A stretch of 64,000 nucleotides of DNA from Mobula hypostoma (GCF_963921235.1 NC_086097.1:218800001-218864000), one strand, 5' to 3'; positions 1 to 14,000 are shown, counted from the stretch's first letter. The notes: generated from the letters alone by a model not told the origin. Translations and numbers: made by a program.

Positions 1-560
1 CCAACTCCTCTCTCATACCATTGTAATTTCCCTTACTCTACTGAAATACTGCTACATCAGACATTACTTTCTCCCTATCAAATTTCAAGTTGAACACAAT
101 CATATTGTTATCACTAAGGGTTCTTCTACCTGAAGCTCCCTAATCGCCTCTGGTTCATTACATAACACCCAATCCAGTACGGCTAATCCCCTACTAGGCT
201 CAACGAAATACTGCTCTAAAAAGCTATCTCTTAGGCATTCAACAAACTCACTCTCTTGCGATCCATTACCAACCTGATTTTCCCCAATTGTCCTGTTTCT
301 CAGCTTTTTACCTCTCTCTAAATTCTCTTTTCAGGACCTCATTGCGTTTCCTTCCTATGTCATTTGTATTAATATGTACCAAGACATCTGGCTGCTCCCC
401 GCCCCTCTCCAAAATGTGGACACGATCTGAGACATCCCTGACCCCAACATCTGGGAGGCAACATGCCATTCGGGTGTCCTGTTCACGTCCACAGTACACG
501 TTTGTTGACCTCACTATCAAGTCTCCTATCACAACCACTAACTTCTTCTCTCTTTTTCCT
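1..560 (-). mobile_element. CR1 LINE fragments (ORF2 endonuclease part and ORF1 esterase part)
   Basis: ORF 308-583 (VVIGD...CCLP...VHINTNDIG) resembles the SGNH esterase of CR1 ORF1. 1-290 resembles the CR1 segment at 34962-35420. Confidence 0.75.
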
Positions 561-965
561 TTATTTTTCCAATAATGAGGCAAATGGAAAAGTATGAGGT
601 TTAGTGGAAGCAGAAGAGAGATCTCTTTTCACACAAAACACATAAAAGTTGCTGTTGAATGCTTTACGGGTAGGACCATTACAGACGGCAAAGAAAGTGT
701 CCCGAGGGTGTGGATGGGTCTGATTTACGGGTAGGACCATTACATTTCTTTTCACATCTCTTTTTTTTGTAAAGATTTCTATTCCGTTAACTGTACACAG
801 AAACTTCTCAATTGCTTGCGCTAAATGCGCAGCATGGTAGCAGCTGCGCATTTTGGTTTTTTTTGTGAATTTCTGAGCATGGTTTTATGTGCAGCCACTA
901 GTAATTTGTGCATTTACTGTTGGCAACCAAGGATGAATTTCTGCATATCTGAAAAATGTGTGTGA

Positions 966-1178
<213 letters not shown>

Positions 1179-1382
1179 TAGGGGATAAAGCAACTCTATC
1201 TATGATAGAGTTCTAAGAATTCAAGTTATTTCTCATTGACTTAGTTTCAGCTTAAGCTAAAAACTAAACTGCTAAGGTATTAGCAAAGTTTCATTCAGTT
1301 CTTTGGACCAAAAGAGCTGTTTATCATACTACACTGCCAGCAGCAAATGCACAATTTAGCTTTGCTGCTTTCATTAGGACTG

Positions 1383-2630
1383 GTCAGCATGGCTTTGTGA
1401 AAGGTAGGTCGTGCCTTACAAGCCTAATTGAATTTTTTGAAGATGTGACTAAACACATTGATGAAGGTAGAGCCGTAGATGTAGTGTATATGGATTTTAG
1501 CAAGGCATTTGATAAGGTACCCCATGCAAGGCTTATTGAGAAAGTAAGGAGGCATGGGATCCAAGGGGACCTTGCTTTGTGGATCCAGAACTGGCTTGCC
1601 CACAGAAGGCTAAGAGTAGTTGTAGACGGGTCATATTCTGCATGGAGGTCAGTGACCAGTGCTGTGCCTCAGGGATCTGTTCTGGGACCCCCTCTCTTTG
1701 TGATTTTTATAAATTACCTGGATGAGGAAGTGAAGGGATGGGTTAGTAAATTTGCTGATGACACAAAAGTTGGGGGTGTTGTGGATAGTGTGGAGGGTTG
1801 TCAGAGTGGAACATCGATAGCATGCAAAACTGGGCTGAGAATTTGCAGATGGGGTTCAACCCAGATAAGTGTGAGGTGGTTCATTTTGGTAGGTCAAATG
1901 TGATGGCAGAATATAGCATTAATGGCAAGGCTCTTGGCAGTGTGGAGGATCAGAGCGATCTTGGGTTCTGAGTCCACAGGACACTCAAAGCTGCTACGCA
2001 GGTTGTCTTTGTGGTTAAGAAGGCATATGGTGCATTGACCTTCATCAATCGTGAGATTGAGTTTAGGAGCCGAGAGGTAATGTTGCAGCTACCTAGGACC
2101 CTGTTCAGACCCCACTTGGAGTACTGTGCTCAATTCTGGTCGCCTCACTACATAAAGGACGTAGAAACTATTGAAAGGGTGCAGAGGAGATTTACAAGGA
2201 TGTTGCCTGGATTGGGGAACATGCCTTATGAGACTATGTTGAATGGACTCGGCCTTTTCTCCTTGGAGCGATGGAGGATGGGAGGTGACCTGATAGAGCT
2301 GTACAAGATAATGAGAGGCATTGATCGTGTGGATAGTCAGAGGCTTTTTCCCAGGGCTGAAATGGCTAGCACGAGAGAGCATAGTTTTAAGGTGCTTGGA
2401 AGTAGGTACAGAGGAGACGTCTGGGATAAGGCTTTTATGCAGAGAGTGGTGAGTTCGTGGAATGGGCTGCCGGTGGTGGTGGTGGAGCTTTTAAGAGACT
2501 CCTGGATGGCTACATGGAGCTTAGAAAAATAGAGAGCTATGGGTAAGCCTAGGTAGTTCTAAGGTAAGGACATATGTAGGCCGAAGGGCCTGTATTGTGC
2601 TGTAGGTTTTCCGTGTTTCTATGTTTCTCT
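1383..2630 (+). mobile_element. 5'-truncated CR1 LINE
   Basis: RT motifs YMDFSKAFDKV, PQGSVLGP, KFADDTK, RPHLEYC; TTTCTATG-type tail. Confidence 0.92.
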
Positions 2631-5600
2631 GTTAACCTAATGATATATAGGATTTGAGTTATTTGCCAGGTATTTTTGGTACTGCCTAGCAGGAGGGTTT
2701 TTAATATTTAGCAATATCACACATTTTTGCTTATAAAAACATTTTCCATTAATTTGGTAACTGTTGTTTCCTATCATTGAAATCAAATTGGAAATGACAT
2801 AAATAGTGTCTGCATAGTCAGTGTCCTCACCATCATCCATCATCAGCTGTAATTTTATTAATGTTTATTTCTTCTATTGGCCTGCCCCACTCTGAATTAG
2901 CCAGTCATATCATCGAGTTATTCCAATATGTGTCCACCAAATGAATGTGATTATCAGTGCACATTTTAATTCTGAATTCTTAAAACAAAATTCAAGATTT
3001 ACTTCATAAGCATGGGGTCAATACAGAGGATTATTTGTATAAATAAAGTATTTTTGAAGTAGGTCAAGGAGTTTTTTGATTACAGTTAAAAACTAAGAAA
3101 TGTTAGCTAAATTTATATCTAGCTAATACAAGATGCATTTTGTATGCATGGACTTTCAGCAAACAGCCAGACAATAGAAGATAAGTTTGTGTGAAATATT
3201 TTTTTCATTATGGAAGTTTTCCTCCAAAAGATTGGAAGTCACATTTGTGTTTTGCTATTGTAAGAAAAATGTGGCTCACATAGCTACCAAACACTTGCAT
3301 TGGGAATAGATCTGTAGATGTTTACAACCTTCTCTGGCTTCTATTGGGTTGGTGAAGGTTGGCAAATTTTGGCAAACTGGGAGAGCCATTGGTGCAATCA
3401 TTATTTAGGTACTGAAAATCCAAATATCTGTGATTGTCTTTCACAGCTAAGTCAGATGCAAAATTTGCTACAAGAAAATGTGATTAATTGAATCAAAATT
3501 GACCAATTGTAACATCCCAACTGGGAAATGAGAACAGTGGCGCAGGAGTCATTCATCAGCATCTCTCATTGATGACACTGAAAATTGATTTTGTTTTAAA
3601 ATTTAGGCCTAATCCTTGTATATTTTTCAAAATAATCACAATACATAGCATTTGATCCTGGATCATAAAGCCCAAATTCTAAACACGGTCCTTTAAGTAA
3701 TCCGTTGATTGAAGTCTTAACTCTCCACCTGATTTTCATTCTACTCAGACAGTTTATCACAGTGTGATAAAATTAATTTTCTTAAGTATTGTGTGGATAT
3801 AAATGTTTATTTATCCATTTTACTCCCAAGGTTATTTGATGATGAGCTCATCATCTCTTATTTATGCACTGTTGATCATTCAATTTTTAATTTAGCAGAT
3901 TGATGAAGCTCAGTTTAAGCCTCTATATATGAAAATAACTTGTGGCCATGGTTCCAAGGGAAATTAAAAGTTCCTTTGCATAAACTCCTCTTGAATTAGC
4001 AGTACCTTGTTAGTTAATTGATCATATGTGGCCAACAGAAAGCCCCGTGAAACAATTGCCCAGGAACAAGCATGACATTCACGACAGACATCCTTAATGT
4101 TCACCTGAAAAAAATGGGCATTTAAAAACCTAATGTTATAATCATCTTGACAGCCATCAAAGGTTGCCATACTGACGCAAATCCACTCAAATAAAATAGC
4201 ACAATTCTGTCATTATCTTCCTGCTGAAACAAATTCTTACTGATAATAAATGCCATGTTTTCTGGTCATTCCTGTCACTAAAGTAGTGAATCTAATGACA
4301 GGTACACAACAGGACCAGCTCAAAAATTCTTGAGGTTTTCTCTGATCCATCTGGGTCCTCTTCAGCCAAATTCAGATGTCAGTGAATACAACACTTATTA
4401 TTATTATTATATTACTTAACATATCCATTACTATTAACAATCTGATAATTTCTTGCCTCTGCTGTTAGTTTTGTTTGGATACCTGAATAGTTCTGTGTAA
4501 TGCCTTGGTTCATATTTTTACTGTTATGCTGTATGTATTTCATTTAGCAGTTCTGTAAGAGCAGTCAGTTCTGTTTTCAACCTGTTTGGGTTATAGTTGA
4601 AGATCAGAGATGAGGAGAATTATGTGCCACCTAATTAGGATGGTCAGATTAAGGGGAGGTTTCTCTGGTGAGGGATACTAAGGTTGGGCTTGGGGCTTTT
4701 GTTCAGCAGGAGATGAAGAGGAAGACGCTGGAGAGAAACAGTTACAGCATATGATTAGATTAGATTAGATTAGATTAGATTCAACTTTATTGTCATTGTG
4801 CTGAGTACAGATACAAAGCCAATGAAATGCAGATAGCATCTAACCAGAAATGCAAAGAATAGAATTATTTACAAAATAACTGTGAATAAAAATTAAGTGC
4901 TACAGCACACAAATATAAAAGTACTGAGACAGTACAATATGGGTGCAATACTGCTTAGCGCTGTGATGTGAGGTTCAGCAGGGTCACAGCCTCAGGGAAG
5001 AAGCTTTTCCTGAGCCTACTGGTGCAGGAGTGGAGGCTCCTGTAGCACCTACCAGATGGGAGGAGAGTAAAAAGTCTGTGGTTAGGGTGAGATGCATCCT
5101 TGATAATGCTTTTCACCCTGTCCAGGCAGCATTTATGGTAGATGTTCTCAATGGTGGGCAATTGGGTGCCAATAATCTGTTGGGCAGTTTTCACCACATG
5201 CTGGAGAGCTTTGCGGTCTGATACGGGACAATTGCCATACCACACTGAGATGCAGTTGGCGAGTATGCTCTCAATGCTACAGCAGTAAAAGTCCGTCAGT
5301 ATCCTGGGACAGAGGTAAGCTTTCTTGATGCTCTGCAGGAAATAAAGGTGCTGTTGCACCTTTTTGATCAGGATGGCGGAGTTCAGGGACCAGGTGAGAT
5401 CCTCAGAAATGTGGACACCAAGGAATTTGAATCTTGATACACACTCCACTACAGCTCCGTTGATGTAGATGGGGACGTGAGTGTGGCTCCCAGCATGCCT
5501 GAAGTCCACAATGATCACCTTGGTCTTCTGGATGTTAAGGCCAGGTTGTTGTCGCCACAACATGCGGCCAGGTGCTGGACCTCGTCCCCGTAGGCCATCT

Positions 5601-6421
5601 CGTCATCCCCCCTGATCAGGCCAACCACCGTGGTGTCGTCTGTGAAATTGATTATAGAGTTAGAACCACGTACAGGAACACAGTCATAGGTGAAAAGGGA
5701 GTACAGAAGAGGGCTCAGCACACAGCCTTGAGGCACGCCGGTGTTCAGGGTGAGAGTGGAGGAGGAGAGGTTGTCTAACTTAACTGATTGGGGTCTGTTA
5801 GTCAGAAAGTCCAAGGTCTGATTGCAGAGGGATGAGCAGATACCAAGCTGGCGAAGTTTGGCGATCAGCTTGGAGGGGATCACAGTATTGAATGCCGAAC
5901 TAAAGTCAATGAACAGCATTCTGACGTAAGAGTTGGGGCTATCCAGGTGGGTCAGGGCAGAGTGAAGTGCCGTGGAGATGGCATCCTCTGTTGACCTGCT
6001 GGTGCAATAGGCAAATTGATGGGGGTCCAAGGTAGTGGGCAGACAGGATTTCAGAAGTGATAGAACCAGTCTCTCAAAGCACTTCGCAATGATGGGAGTG
6101 AGTGGAACTCGGCAGAAGTCATTCATACCCGTGGCAGTGGAATGCTTCGGCACCGGCACGATGGTGGTGATCTTGAAGCTTGTGGGGACAACTGCCTGGG
6201 CCAGGGACAGATTAAACATGTCTGTGAAGACCCCAGCCAACTGCCCTGCATAGACTCTGAGCACATGGCTAGCTATTCCATTCAGACCAGCTGCTTTCCG
6301 TACATTCACCCTGCTCAGGGTGGCGCAAACATCGGAGGTGGAAAGTGAGAGAGGCAATTCATCACACATCAAAGTTGCTGGTGAACACAGCAGGCCAGGC
6401 AGCATCTCTAGGAAGAGGTAC

Positions 6422-6457
6422 AGTCGACGTTTCAGGCCGAGACCCTTCGTCAGAACT
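6422..6457 (-). ncRNA. Minimal hammerhead ribozyme motif (PLE 3' repeat)
   Basis: Reverse complement reads AGTT-CTGACGA-AGG gtctcgg CCT-GAAA-CGTC-GACT. Confidence 0.75.
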
Positions 6458-7179
6458 AACTGAAGGAAAAGTTAGTAAGAGATTTGAAAGTGGGAGGGGG
6501 AGGGGGAGATCCAGAATGATAGGAGAAGACAGGAGGGGGAGGGATGGAGCCAAGAGCTGGACAGGTGATTGGCAAAAGGGATATGAGAGGCTCATGGGAC
6601 AGGAGGTCCGGGAAGAAAGACAAGTGGCGGGGGGGGGTGGGATCCCAGAGGATGGACAAGGGGTATATTCAGAGGGACAGAGGGAGAAAAAGGAGAGTGA
6701 GAGAAAGAATCTCCAGTGGCCACACATTTTAATTCCACATCCCATTCCCATTCTGACATGTCCATCCACGGCCTCCTCTACTGTAAAGATGAAGCCACAC
6801 TCAGGTTGGAGGAACAACACCTTATATTCCGTCTGGGTAGCCTCCAACCTGACGGCATGAACATCGACTTCTCTAACTTCCGCTAATGCCCCACCTCCCC
6901 CTCATACCCCATCCGTTATTTATTTTTATACACACATTCTTTCTCTCACTCTCCTTTTTCTCCCTCTGTCCCTCTGACTATACCCCTTGCCCATCCCCTG
7001 GGTTCCCCCTCCCTTGTCTTTCTCCCCGGACCTCCTGTCCCATGATCCTCTCATATCCCCTTTGCCAATCACCTGTCCAGTTCTTGGCTCCATCCCTCCC
7101 CCTTCTGTCTTCTCCTATCATTTTGGATCTCCCCCTCTCCCTCCCATTTTCAAATCTCTTACTAACTCTTCCTTCAGTT

Positions 7180-7215
7180 AGTCCTGACGAAGGGTCTTGG
7201 CCTGAAACGTCGACT
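7180..7215 (+). ncRNA. Minimal hammerhead ribozyme motif (PLE 3' repeat)
   Basis: AGTC-CTGACGA-AGG gtcttgg CCT-GAAA-CGTC-GACT: CUGANGA and GAAA core, stem I AGTC/GACT, stem II AGG/CCT, GUC cleavage triplet. Confidence 0.8.
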
Positions 7216-10126
7216 GTACCTCTTCCCAGAGATGCTGCCTGGCCTGCTGCGTTCACCACCAACTTTGATGTGTGTTGCTTGAATTTCCAGCATCTGCAGA
7301 ATTCCTGTTGTGAGGCAGTTCACCAGGTGGGAGATCTGCTTTGAGGGTGAACTCCTTGTTCTCTTGGTCAAAGCGAGCGTAGAAGTAATTGAGCTCATCA
7401 GGGAGGGAAGCAGAGCTGGAAGGGGGCACAGTAATAGGTTGTTTGAAGTCTGTAATGACCTGTATGCCATGCCACATGCACTGGGGGTCCGAGGAGTTGA
7501 AATGCTCCTCGATTCTCTGTTTGTATATGTGTTTAGTCTGAGAGATTCCCCTCCTCAGGTTGGCCCTGGCTGAGCAGTAAGCCTCCCGGTCTGCAGACCT
7601 GAAGGCTGAATCTCTGACTTTGAGCAGGAAGTGAACTTCTCTGTTCATCCATGGTTTCTGATAGGGGAAAACTTTTATTTGTTGTCACTCTATCTACACA
7701 CTTGTTGACGTGCTCAAGGACAGAGTTGGTATACAAGTCAATATTAATCTGAAAGTCTGTGGTGGCATGGGCAGCACACGCGCTCCAGTCTGTGTGCTGG
7801 AATTGATGCTGAAGAGCAGAGTCAGCCCACTCCAGCCAGATCTTAATAGTCTTCATTGTGGGTTTCACATGTTTAATGACCGGACTGTCCCAGGTGGGGG
7901 AGGGTAGTGGCTTTGTAAACATCAGCCACATTTGTGTAGACATGATCAAAGGTTTTATTTCCCCTTGTGGTGTATGATACATTTTGGTAAAATCTTGGAA
8001 GCACGGTACGTAGGTTACAATAATTAAAGTCCCCAGCGACAATAAAGGCTCCATCTGGATGCAGTGTCTGCAGCTTGCTAATAGTGGCACTGAGATCTTT
8101 CATGGCTACTTTAGCCTTAGCATCCGGCGGTACATAAACTGCAACAGCAATGATGCATGTAAACTCTCGTGTTTGATAAAAAGGTCTGCACTTAATAAGC
8201 AGGTATTCCAGATCAACAGAGCAATAAGTGTCAGCAATGGTAGAGTTAGTACACCGTGATCAATTCACGTAGATGCATAAACCACCTCCCCTACTTTCAC
8301 CTGTCGCTGTTGCAGTTCTGTCAGCCCTGAAGACCGTGTGCCCTTCCAGTTCCACCAGGTTGTTTGGGACATCACTGTTTAGCCAAGTCTCCATAAAAAA
8401 TATGACGCTGCAACCCATAAGCCTTCTTTGTGTGAGGGTCCAAGTCCTTAGTTCGTCCAGCTTGTTCGTCAGAGACCGAACACTGGCGAGGAAGATGCTA
8501 GGTAGCGCTGGCCGGTGTGGATTTAGCCTTAGCCTAGCACGCAAACCTCCACGCTTACCCCGTCTTTGTTTTCGGTCTTGATGCTGGCACCGGGCCCTTC
8601 CCGACGGAGCGAATTGAATGCCGGTCCGTGGTCCTTACTAACTCCGGAGGTAGTTGGTCGAAGTTGAATGGATAATTCAAAACTTGTGTTGGTGCATCGA
8701 TAGTTAATGTCCAAAAGTGACTGCTTGCTGTAAGTGTAGTTCGCGTAGCCGAATCGAGCGAACACGCTGAAACAAGCAGATAAATTAACACCATTTTTCG
8801 AAATCTGGTAAAACACTGAGCCTCGCGATACACATGTGCCGCCATATATGATCCAGTGGGAGACCTGTTTGTTTGAGATGGATTGCGAACGATGTTCGGA
8901 AGGTGGTGTGAGTGTTCACGCTGACCAAGGGTCCAGTGTGTGAGTGACAGGAAGTCCAACTTGTGTGTATTTGACTGTTTAATTAGAATGGGCCCTTTTC
9001 TTTTTGTTATTCTTTACTAACTTTTTATTTAAGTTAAGATTCATAAATATAATTTCTTTAATCATAGGCACTGCAGTGCCTGTTATTTCCTGGCACTAAT
9101 TTGTAACAGGGTAGCAAATTACACAGCATCCACACAAACCGGGGTATGGATTGGGAAAAGCCACCTCAATCTCACGAGTTTGGTGGGATTTGAGAGTGTC
9201 ATTCCCTAGATTATGCAGCCAAGGAAACTAGGGTGTTTCACCTGTATTTATTAACCTCCATCCTCATGAAATCTTCATGTAACAGTGTTTGGTCTGATTT
9301 TTTAATATCCAAATATTTTACATCCACTGCCTTCCACACGTATTACATTCTCGAAAGCTCTATTCGATTTGTCAAATCTCTTTTATTGAACAATGTCATC
9401 TGCAGAATTATGTTGTGATTGTCTAAGTTCCAGTTACTAGGTCCTTAAATGATAAAGTTACAACACTTTGCAGCAATAGATATCAGGCAGTTTATAATTT
9501 TCTCTTCCTCTTTTTACTTTTGCCATTACATTTGCTAATTTCTAATCTGCTGCTTTAATCCAGAAATAAGAGAATATTGGAAGTTAACATGAAGTATAAA
9601 AGCTGTGTCTGCGATTACCTCTTTTAAAACATTGAGATGCAGATGTCAGGCTCAGAGGATTTGCCTAGTTATGTTTAATTAATTTCTCTAGCAGTTTCTA
9701 TTTTCATGATATTATTGATTTTCTGTTTCTTGCTGTCATTAGGCCTTCCAGTTATGTTATATTTAATCTATTTTTTGCAGTGCAGACCAATGCAAAATAT
9801 TTGTTTAGCATTTCAGTCATACACTATTTCCCATTATGCTTTCTCTTATCTTTGTCCCTGTTGAATTGACATTTACTTCTGTTCCTCTCTCTTTATATGA
9901 TTATATAAATTTTCACAATTATATTATGGTCTAGATTTTTAAGGTATTTGCCTTTGTATTTGCTGGTATTTCCCCAGGTAACCACTAGGAAGGTTAGGAA
10001 TCTCATATGAATGTAGGAAACTTGAACTTTCTTTGAGGTTGTTGCAGTGATTTCCTGACTCTGTGCCAATGTTAAACAAACCATGGACTATGGGCTTCTG
10101 TCCCACAAAATCTGCTTGATGAATGC

Positions 10127-11024
10127 TGTTACATACCCCGTAACTGGGTTGCCAAACCAGCAGAAATGGATCACTCAGTTGGAGTCTGGATTACTAGAAC
10201 TAAGGAAGTTTTATTAAAGAAACAAACAAAACAGTACTCTAATCAAAAGGATAATAAATGCAACAGTTTAGCAATGATAAACACACATGTACACAGAATT
10301 AAGATAACAGGATCAATCAAGCTCTATCGTTGTCTAGGGGTAAATGACCAGTTTCAAAGTGACGCAAAGTTCAGTTCAATTTAGTTCAGTTCAGTTTGCA
10401 GTAATCGCTGCCGTGAGAGATGGACAGTGGGGGGAAGGAGAGAGAGAGCAAAACGAACGAATATTCAAACGGCTTCCACACAGACCTTCGACATTCTTCT
10501 CAGTCAGCTTTTGTGCGAGCCCTTTGTGATGTCATCTGAGGTCACCGACCGTGACCCCTCCGTTTCCAGATACGATCGTTTCTCTGTGGTGACTGGCACC
10601 CAGGCAAGGGTGGACACACACCAGGTTCCCGCCGATCGGGCCTTTCCACCCTGTGCGTCTATGGCTTGTCCCGCGATCAGCAGTCCAAAACTTCCCACCG
10701 ACTTGTGGGAGACGCACCGCTTCCAGGGTCTCGTTACCTCGGGGTGTCGTGTGTGTGTTGCCTTAGCGAACCTGTCCCTTTTTTATCCCCCTGCTGAGGT
10801 ATCGCCTGTCCATCACTTCAAACAGTTCAGGGTTCAAAGGGGGAGCCAATCTTCACAGCTCTCCTTCCGTTACTCTCTCCCGTCCCTTCATTAACATCTC
10901 CAAATGCTGCTCCATTGTTTTCCTTATCTCTCTTCCCCTGAGGACAGGTGGCAGACCAACCGCTGATCCCACTGGTGCCAGTCCAGGCCAGCTAACATCT
11001 TAATTTATGTGTATTCTCGTCACA
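10127..11024 (-). mobile_element. Solo LTR (898 bp)
   Basis: TGTTAC...GTCACA termini with 4-bp TSD ATGC (10123-10126 / 11025-11028). AATAAA on the minus strand near 10209-10214 and a TATA-like motif near 10780. Confidence 0.85.
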
Positions 11025-11331
11025 ATGCATACTAATTATTCAGTTCAATGGATGGAATGGGTAAAAGAAAGTGGGACAGCCAGTGAGCAATTCACAATTT
11101 GTATTTTTTCAAATAGCATGCTGAATTCCTATATTTTTCAGATAAATGTGGAATTCAGAAAGAGCCAGCATTGCCAGCTGTCTTTGCATCTCTGTGCAGC
11201 TTCTCACTCCTTAGGTTGGACCTGCTTCAGGAAAATCCAGGCTTAGTTTTCCTCATGATGGAATCCATCCCACTTTAACTGACCCTTTTTCCCCCAGATT
11301 CCCAGCAATCTGAATTCTCCCCACTTGGGCA

Positions 11332-11505
11332 ATACACACAAAATGCTGGAGGAGCTCAGCAAGTCAAGCAGCACCTATGGAAGAAAATAAACAATTGATG
11401 TTTCAGGCCGAAACCCTTCATCAGGACAGAAATGCCTGATCTGCAGAGTTCCCCCAACCTCTTGGGCGCATTGCTCAAGATTTCCAGTATCTGCAGAATT
11501 GTAGC
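11332..11505. mobile_element. Short inverted PLE-end element with HHR motif on the minus strand
   Basis: Minus strand GTC-CTGATGA-AGG...CCT-GAAA-CATC. Degenerate 16-bp TSD at 11316-11331 / 11506-11521 (2 mismatches). Confidence 0.75.
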
Positions 11506-11569
11506 TCTTCCCCCTTGGGCAGTATAGCTTCATTTCCTTCAAAGTCTTACAAAGTGAAGCCAAGTGACC

Positions 11570-12475
11570 ATGTGACAATAAGGTTTGGCTTCCAGATGAG
11601 CTCAGTGCTCACTTTGACCGACAGAACATGGAGGCATCTTCACAAACTCCCACAACACGAGGCCAGCATGAGAGCATCCTTCAGGAGGGTGAACCAGTGG
11701 AAAGTATCTGGCTCAGTCAGGGTACCTCGCCTCATTGACTATCACTCAGTAACACTTACATCTATGCAATCACATGCATTGAGAGGTTGGTGATGAAGCA
11801 CATCAACTCCAACCGAAGGAGTGACTTGGATCCACTCCAGTTTGCCTACCATCACAATTGGTCATTTTTTGGCTCTGCACTCAACCCTGAAACAACTGGA
11901 CAGTGAAGATGCATACATCAGGATGCTCTCCATTAACTACAGCTTTGCATTCAACACTATCATCCCCTTCAAACTGCAAGATAAGCTCTAGGACCTAGGC
12001 CTCAATGCTTCCTTGTGCAACTGGTTCCTCAATTTCATCACTTGCAGATGACACAGTCAGTTTGGATTGGCAACAACATCTCCCCCACAATCATCAGCAG
12101 CACAGGCGCGTCACAAGGCTGTGTGCTTAGACGACTGCTCCAGTCACGTTATGCTTATGACTGTGAGTCTAAGTACAGCTCCATTGCCATATTCAAGTTT
12201 TCTGATGACACTGCTGTTGGCGGCAGGATCAAAGGTGGTGACAAATCAGCATCTAGGAGAGAGGTTGAAAATCTAGCTGAATGGTGCCACAACAACAACC
12301 TCTCGTTGAGTGTCGACAAAACCAAAAACCTGAATATTGACTCCAAGAGGAGGAAACTGGAGGTACATGAGCTAGTTCTCACCAGGGGATCAGAGGTGGG
12401 AAGGCTCAGCAACTTTAAATTTCTTGGTGCTATCATTTCAGGGGATTTGTCCTGGGTTCAGCACGCAAATGCCAT
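11570..12475 (+). mobile_element. Decayed Rex1/Babar RT fragment
   Basis: GASQGCVL, KFSDDT, EWCHNNNLSL and FKFLG motifs with frameshifts. Confidence 0.8.
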
Positions 12476-12479
12476 TATT

Positions 12480-13217
12480 CTGCCCACCTGGGTGAGCTGT
12501 TGTGTCATGTCAGACAGATTTCAGAATCTGCCCTCAATCCAAATTTCAGATTGTGTATCAATTCCCGAACATGCGTGTTAAAGGATTAACAGGAAGGATG
12601 GAGGAAGTAGTGATCTTGCTACAAATTGACTTTGAGCTGAAATTGAGGCTCAAAAAATCATATCAGGACTTTTGGTTGCAGAAAGAAATCTCTGCGAGCT
12701 ATTCTGCACTGAGGAGGAAATCAAGAAACTCTGTATTGCCTTTCCAATATCATACTTAGTGAAGCACAGTTTCAGTGCAGTTGCCCAACGTTTTTCAAGG
12801 CAATGAAACAGACTGTAAATTACTGAACATGGTGATCTGAGACTTCTTCTGAGTGACTTTCAGCCTGATGTTGAGAAGCTGGTCCAAGCCAGTCTATCTC
12901 ATTGAAAAGGGCAAAAGCAATGAAGTAGTAAATAGCTGGACTAGTAATGTACATTCTAAAATTGTTGTTGAAATTTGTTTTTACTGTAATTAATTAAATA
13001 AAGAAATAATTTTATTTATAGCTTTAAATAGATTTGAATAATATTTGGAATTATTTGTCACTACTTTAAATCTGCAGTTTCTATTCTCTTTCACTGTGCT
13101 TCGTAAATGAAAATTCTTTCAGTTGTTATGTAATGACTGGAAAGGGAAACGGGTGTGCTGGGGGTGTGGTCTGGGAGTCAAGGAGACGATAATCCAAAGA
13201 AGTTGGGGGACCACTGG
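12480..13217 (+). mobile_element. hAT (Buster/Charlie-like) DNA transposon 3' remnant
   Basis: Decayed hAT dimerisation-domain peptide (YQDFWLQKEI...GDLRLLLSDFQPDVEKLV). Ends in GTTGGGGGACCACTG, the reverse complement of a CAGTGGTCCCC-type TIR. Confidence 0.65.
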
Positions 13218-13314
13218 CTTAGAGTTATGGGAGAGTCTGTAATGTTAAAGACAAAAGATTTCAAGTTCAAGTTCAGTTTATGTCATTCATCTATATAGAT
13301 GTATACTGCCAAAT

Positions 13315-14000
13315 GACTGTGTGGCTAGGCACAGCTGAAATGCCAACTACAATATAAATTTGCCGATGACACAACTATTGTTGGGAGAATTTCAAATGGT
13401 GACAAGGAGGCGTACAGGAGCGAGATAGATCTGAGTGGTGTGGCAGCAATAACCTTACACTCAGTGTCAGTAAGAGCAAGCAATTTATTGTGGACTTCAG
13501 CAGGGGGAAGTTAAGGGAACACACAGCAGTTCTCATCGATGGATCAAAAATGAAAAGGGTGAGCAATTTCAACTTCCTGGGTTTCAACATGTTTGCAGAT
13601 CTATCATGGGCCCAACATAGCCATGTAATTACAAAGAAGGCATGACAGCGGCTATATTTCATTCGGAGTTTGAGGAGAATTGGTTTGTCACCAAGGTCAA
13701 GTAAATTTCTACAAATGTATCGTGGAGAGCACTCTAAATGGTTGCATAACCATCTGGTATGGAGAGGCTGCTGAACAAGATCGGAAAAAGCTGCAGGAAG
13801 TTGTAAACTCAGCCAGCTCGCACACGGGCAGTAGGCACTCCAGCATCAAGGACACCTTCAAAGGGGTGACATCCAACATTAATGACCCCTGTCACCCAGA
13901 ACATGCCCACCCCTCATTGCCACCATCAAGGAGGAGGTACTGAAGCCTGAAGACACACACTCAAAATATAAGGAACAGCTCCTTCTAGTTCACCATCAGA
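13315..14000 (+). mobile_element. Decayed Rex1/Babar 3' ORF fragment
   Basis: KFADDTT, FYKCIVESTLNGCITIWYG and PSRRRY motifs. Confidence 0.8.

Larger units (their letters stand above)
6365..7310. mobile_element. Inverted PLE doublet: minus-strand 3' repeat (6365-6710) joined to plus-strand ORF end and 3' repeat (6711-7310)
   Basis: The arms are reverse complements. The plus arm encodes the PLE C-terminus (...LGSLQPDGMNIDFSNFR*). Degenerate TSD GAGGCAATTCATCA (6351-6364) / GAGGCAGTTCACCA (7312-7325); removing the insert restores the Rex frame LPPGELPLSLS. Confidence 0.9.
4756..8845 (-). mobile_element. Near full-length Rex1/Babar-type LINE, disrupted and split by a PLE insertion
   Basis: APE endonuclease pieces (FMETWL, GGGLCIYVN, AGDFN), RT ([22 protein letters not shown]) and C-terminal domain; (TTAGA)n tail at about 4755-4781; likely TSD ATATGAT at 4749-4755 and 8846-8852. 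Confidence 0.9.

Noticed and set aside
663..744. Direct repeat TTTACGGGTAGGACCATTACA, two copies
   Set aside because: Only two copies, probably internal to a decayed transposon; no further support.
6345..7344. Recurrent ORFs with [11 protein letters not shown] / AAGQAASIGRG peptides
   Set aside because: Translations of the non-coding HHR-bearing PLE repeat; the conservation is at RNA level.
4522..9240. Possible solo LTR split by the Rex insertion (4522-4748 and 8853-9240)
   Set aside because: LTR-like composition, but I could not fix the termini or a TSD.
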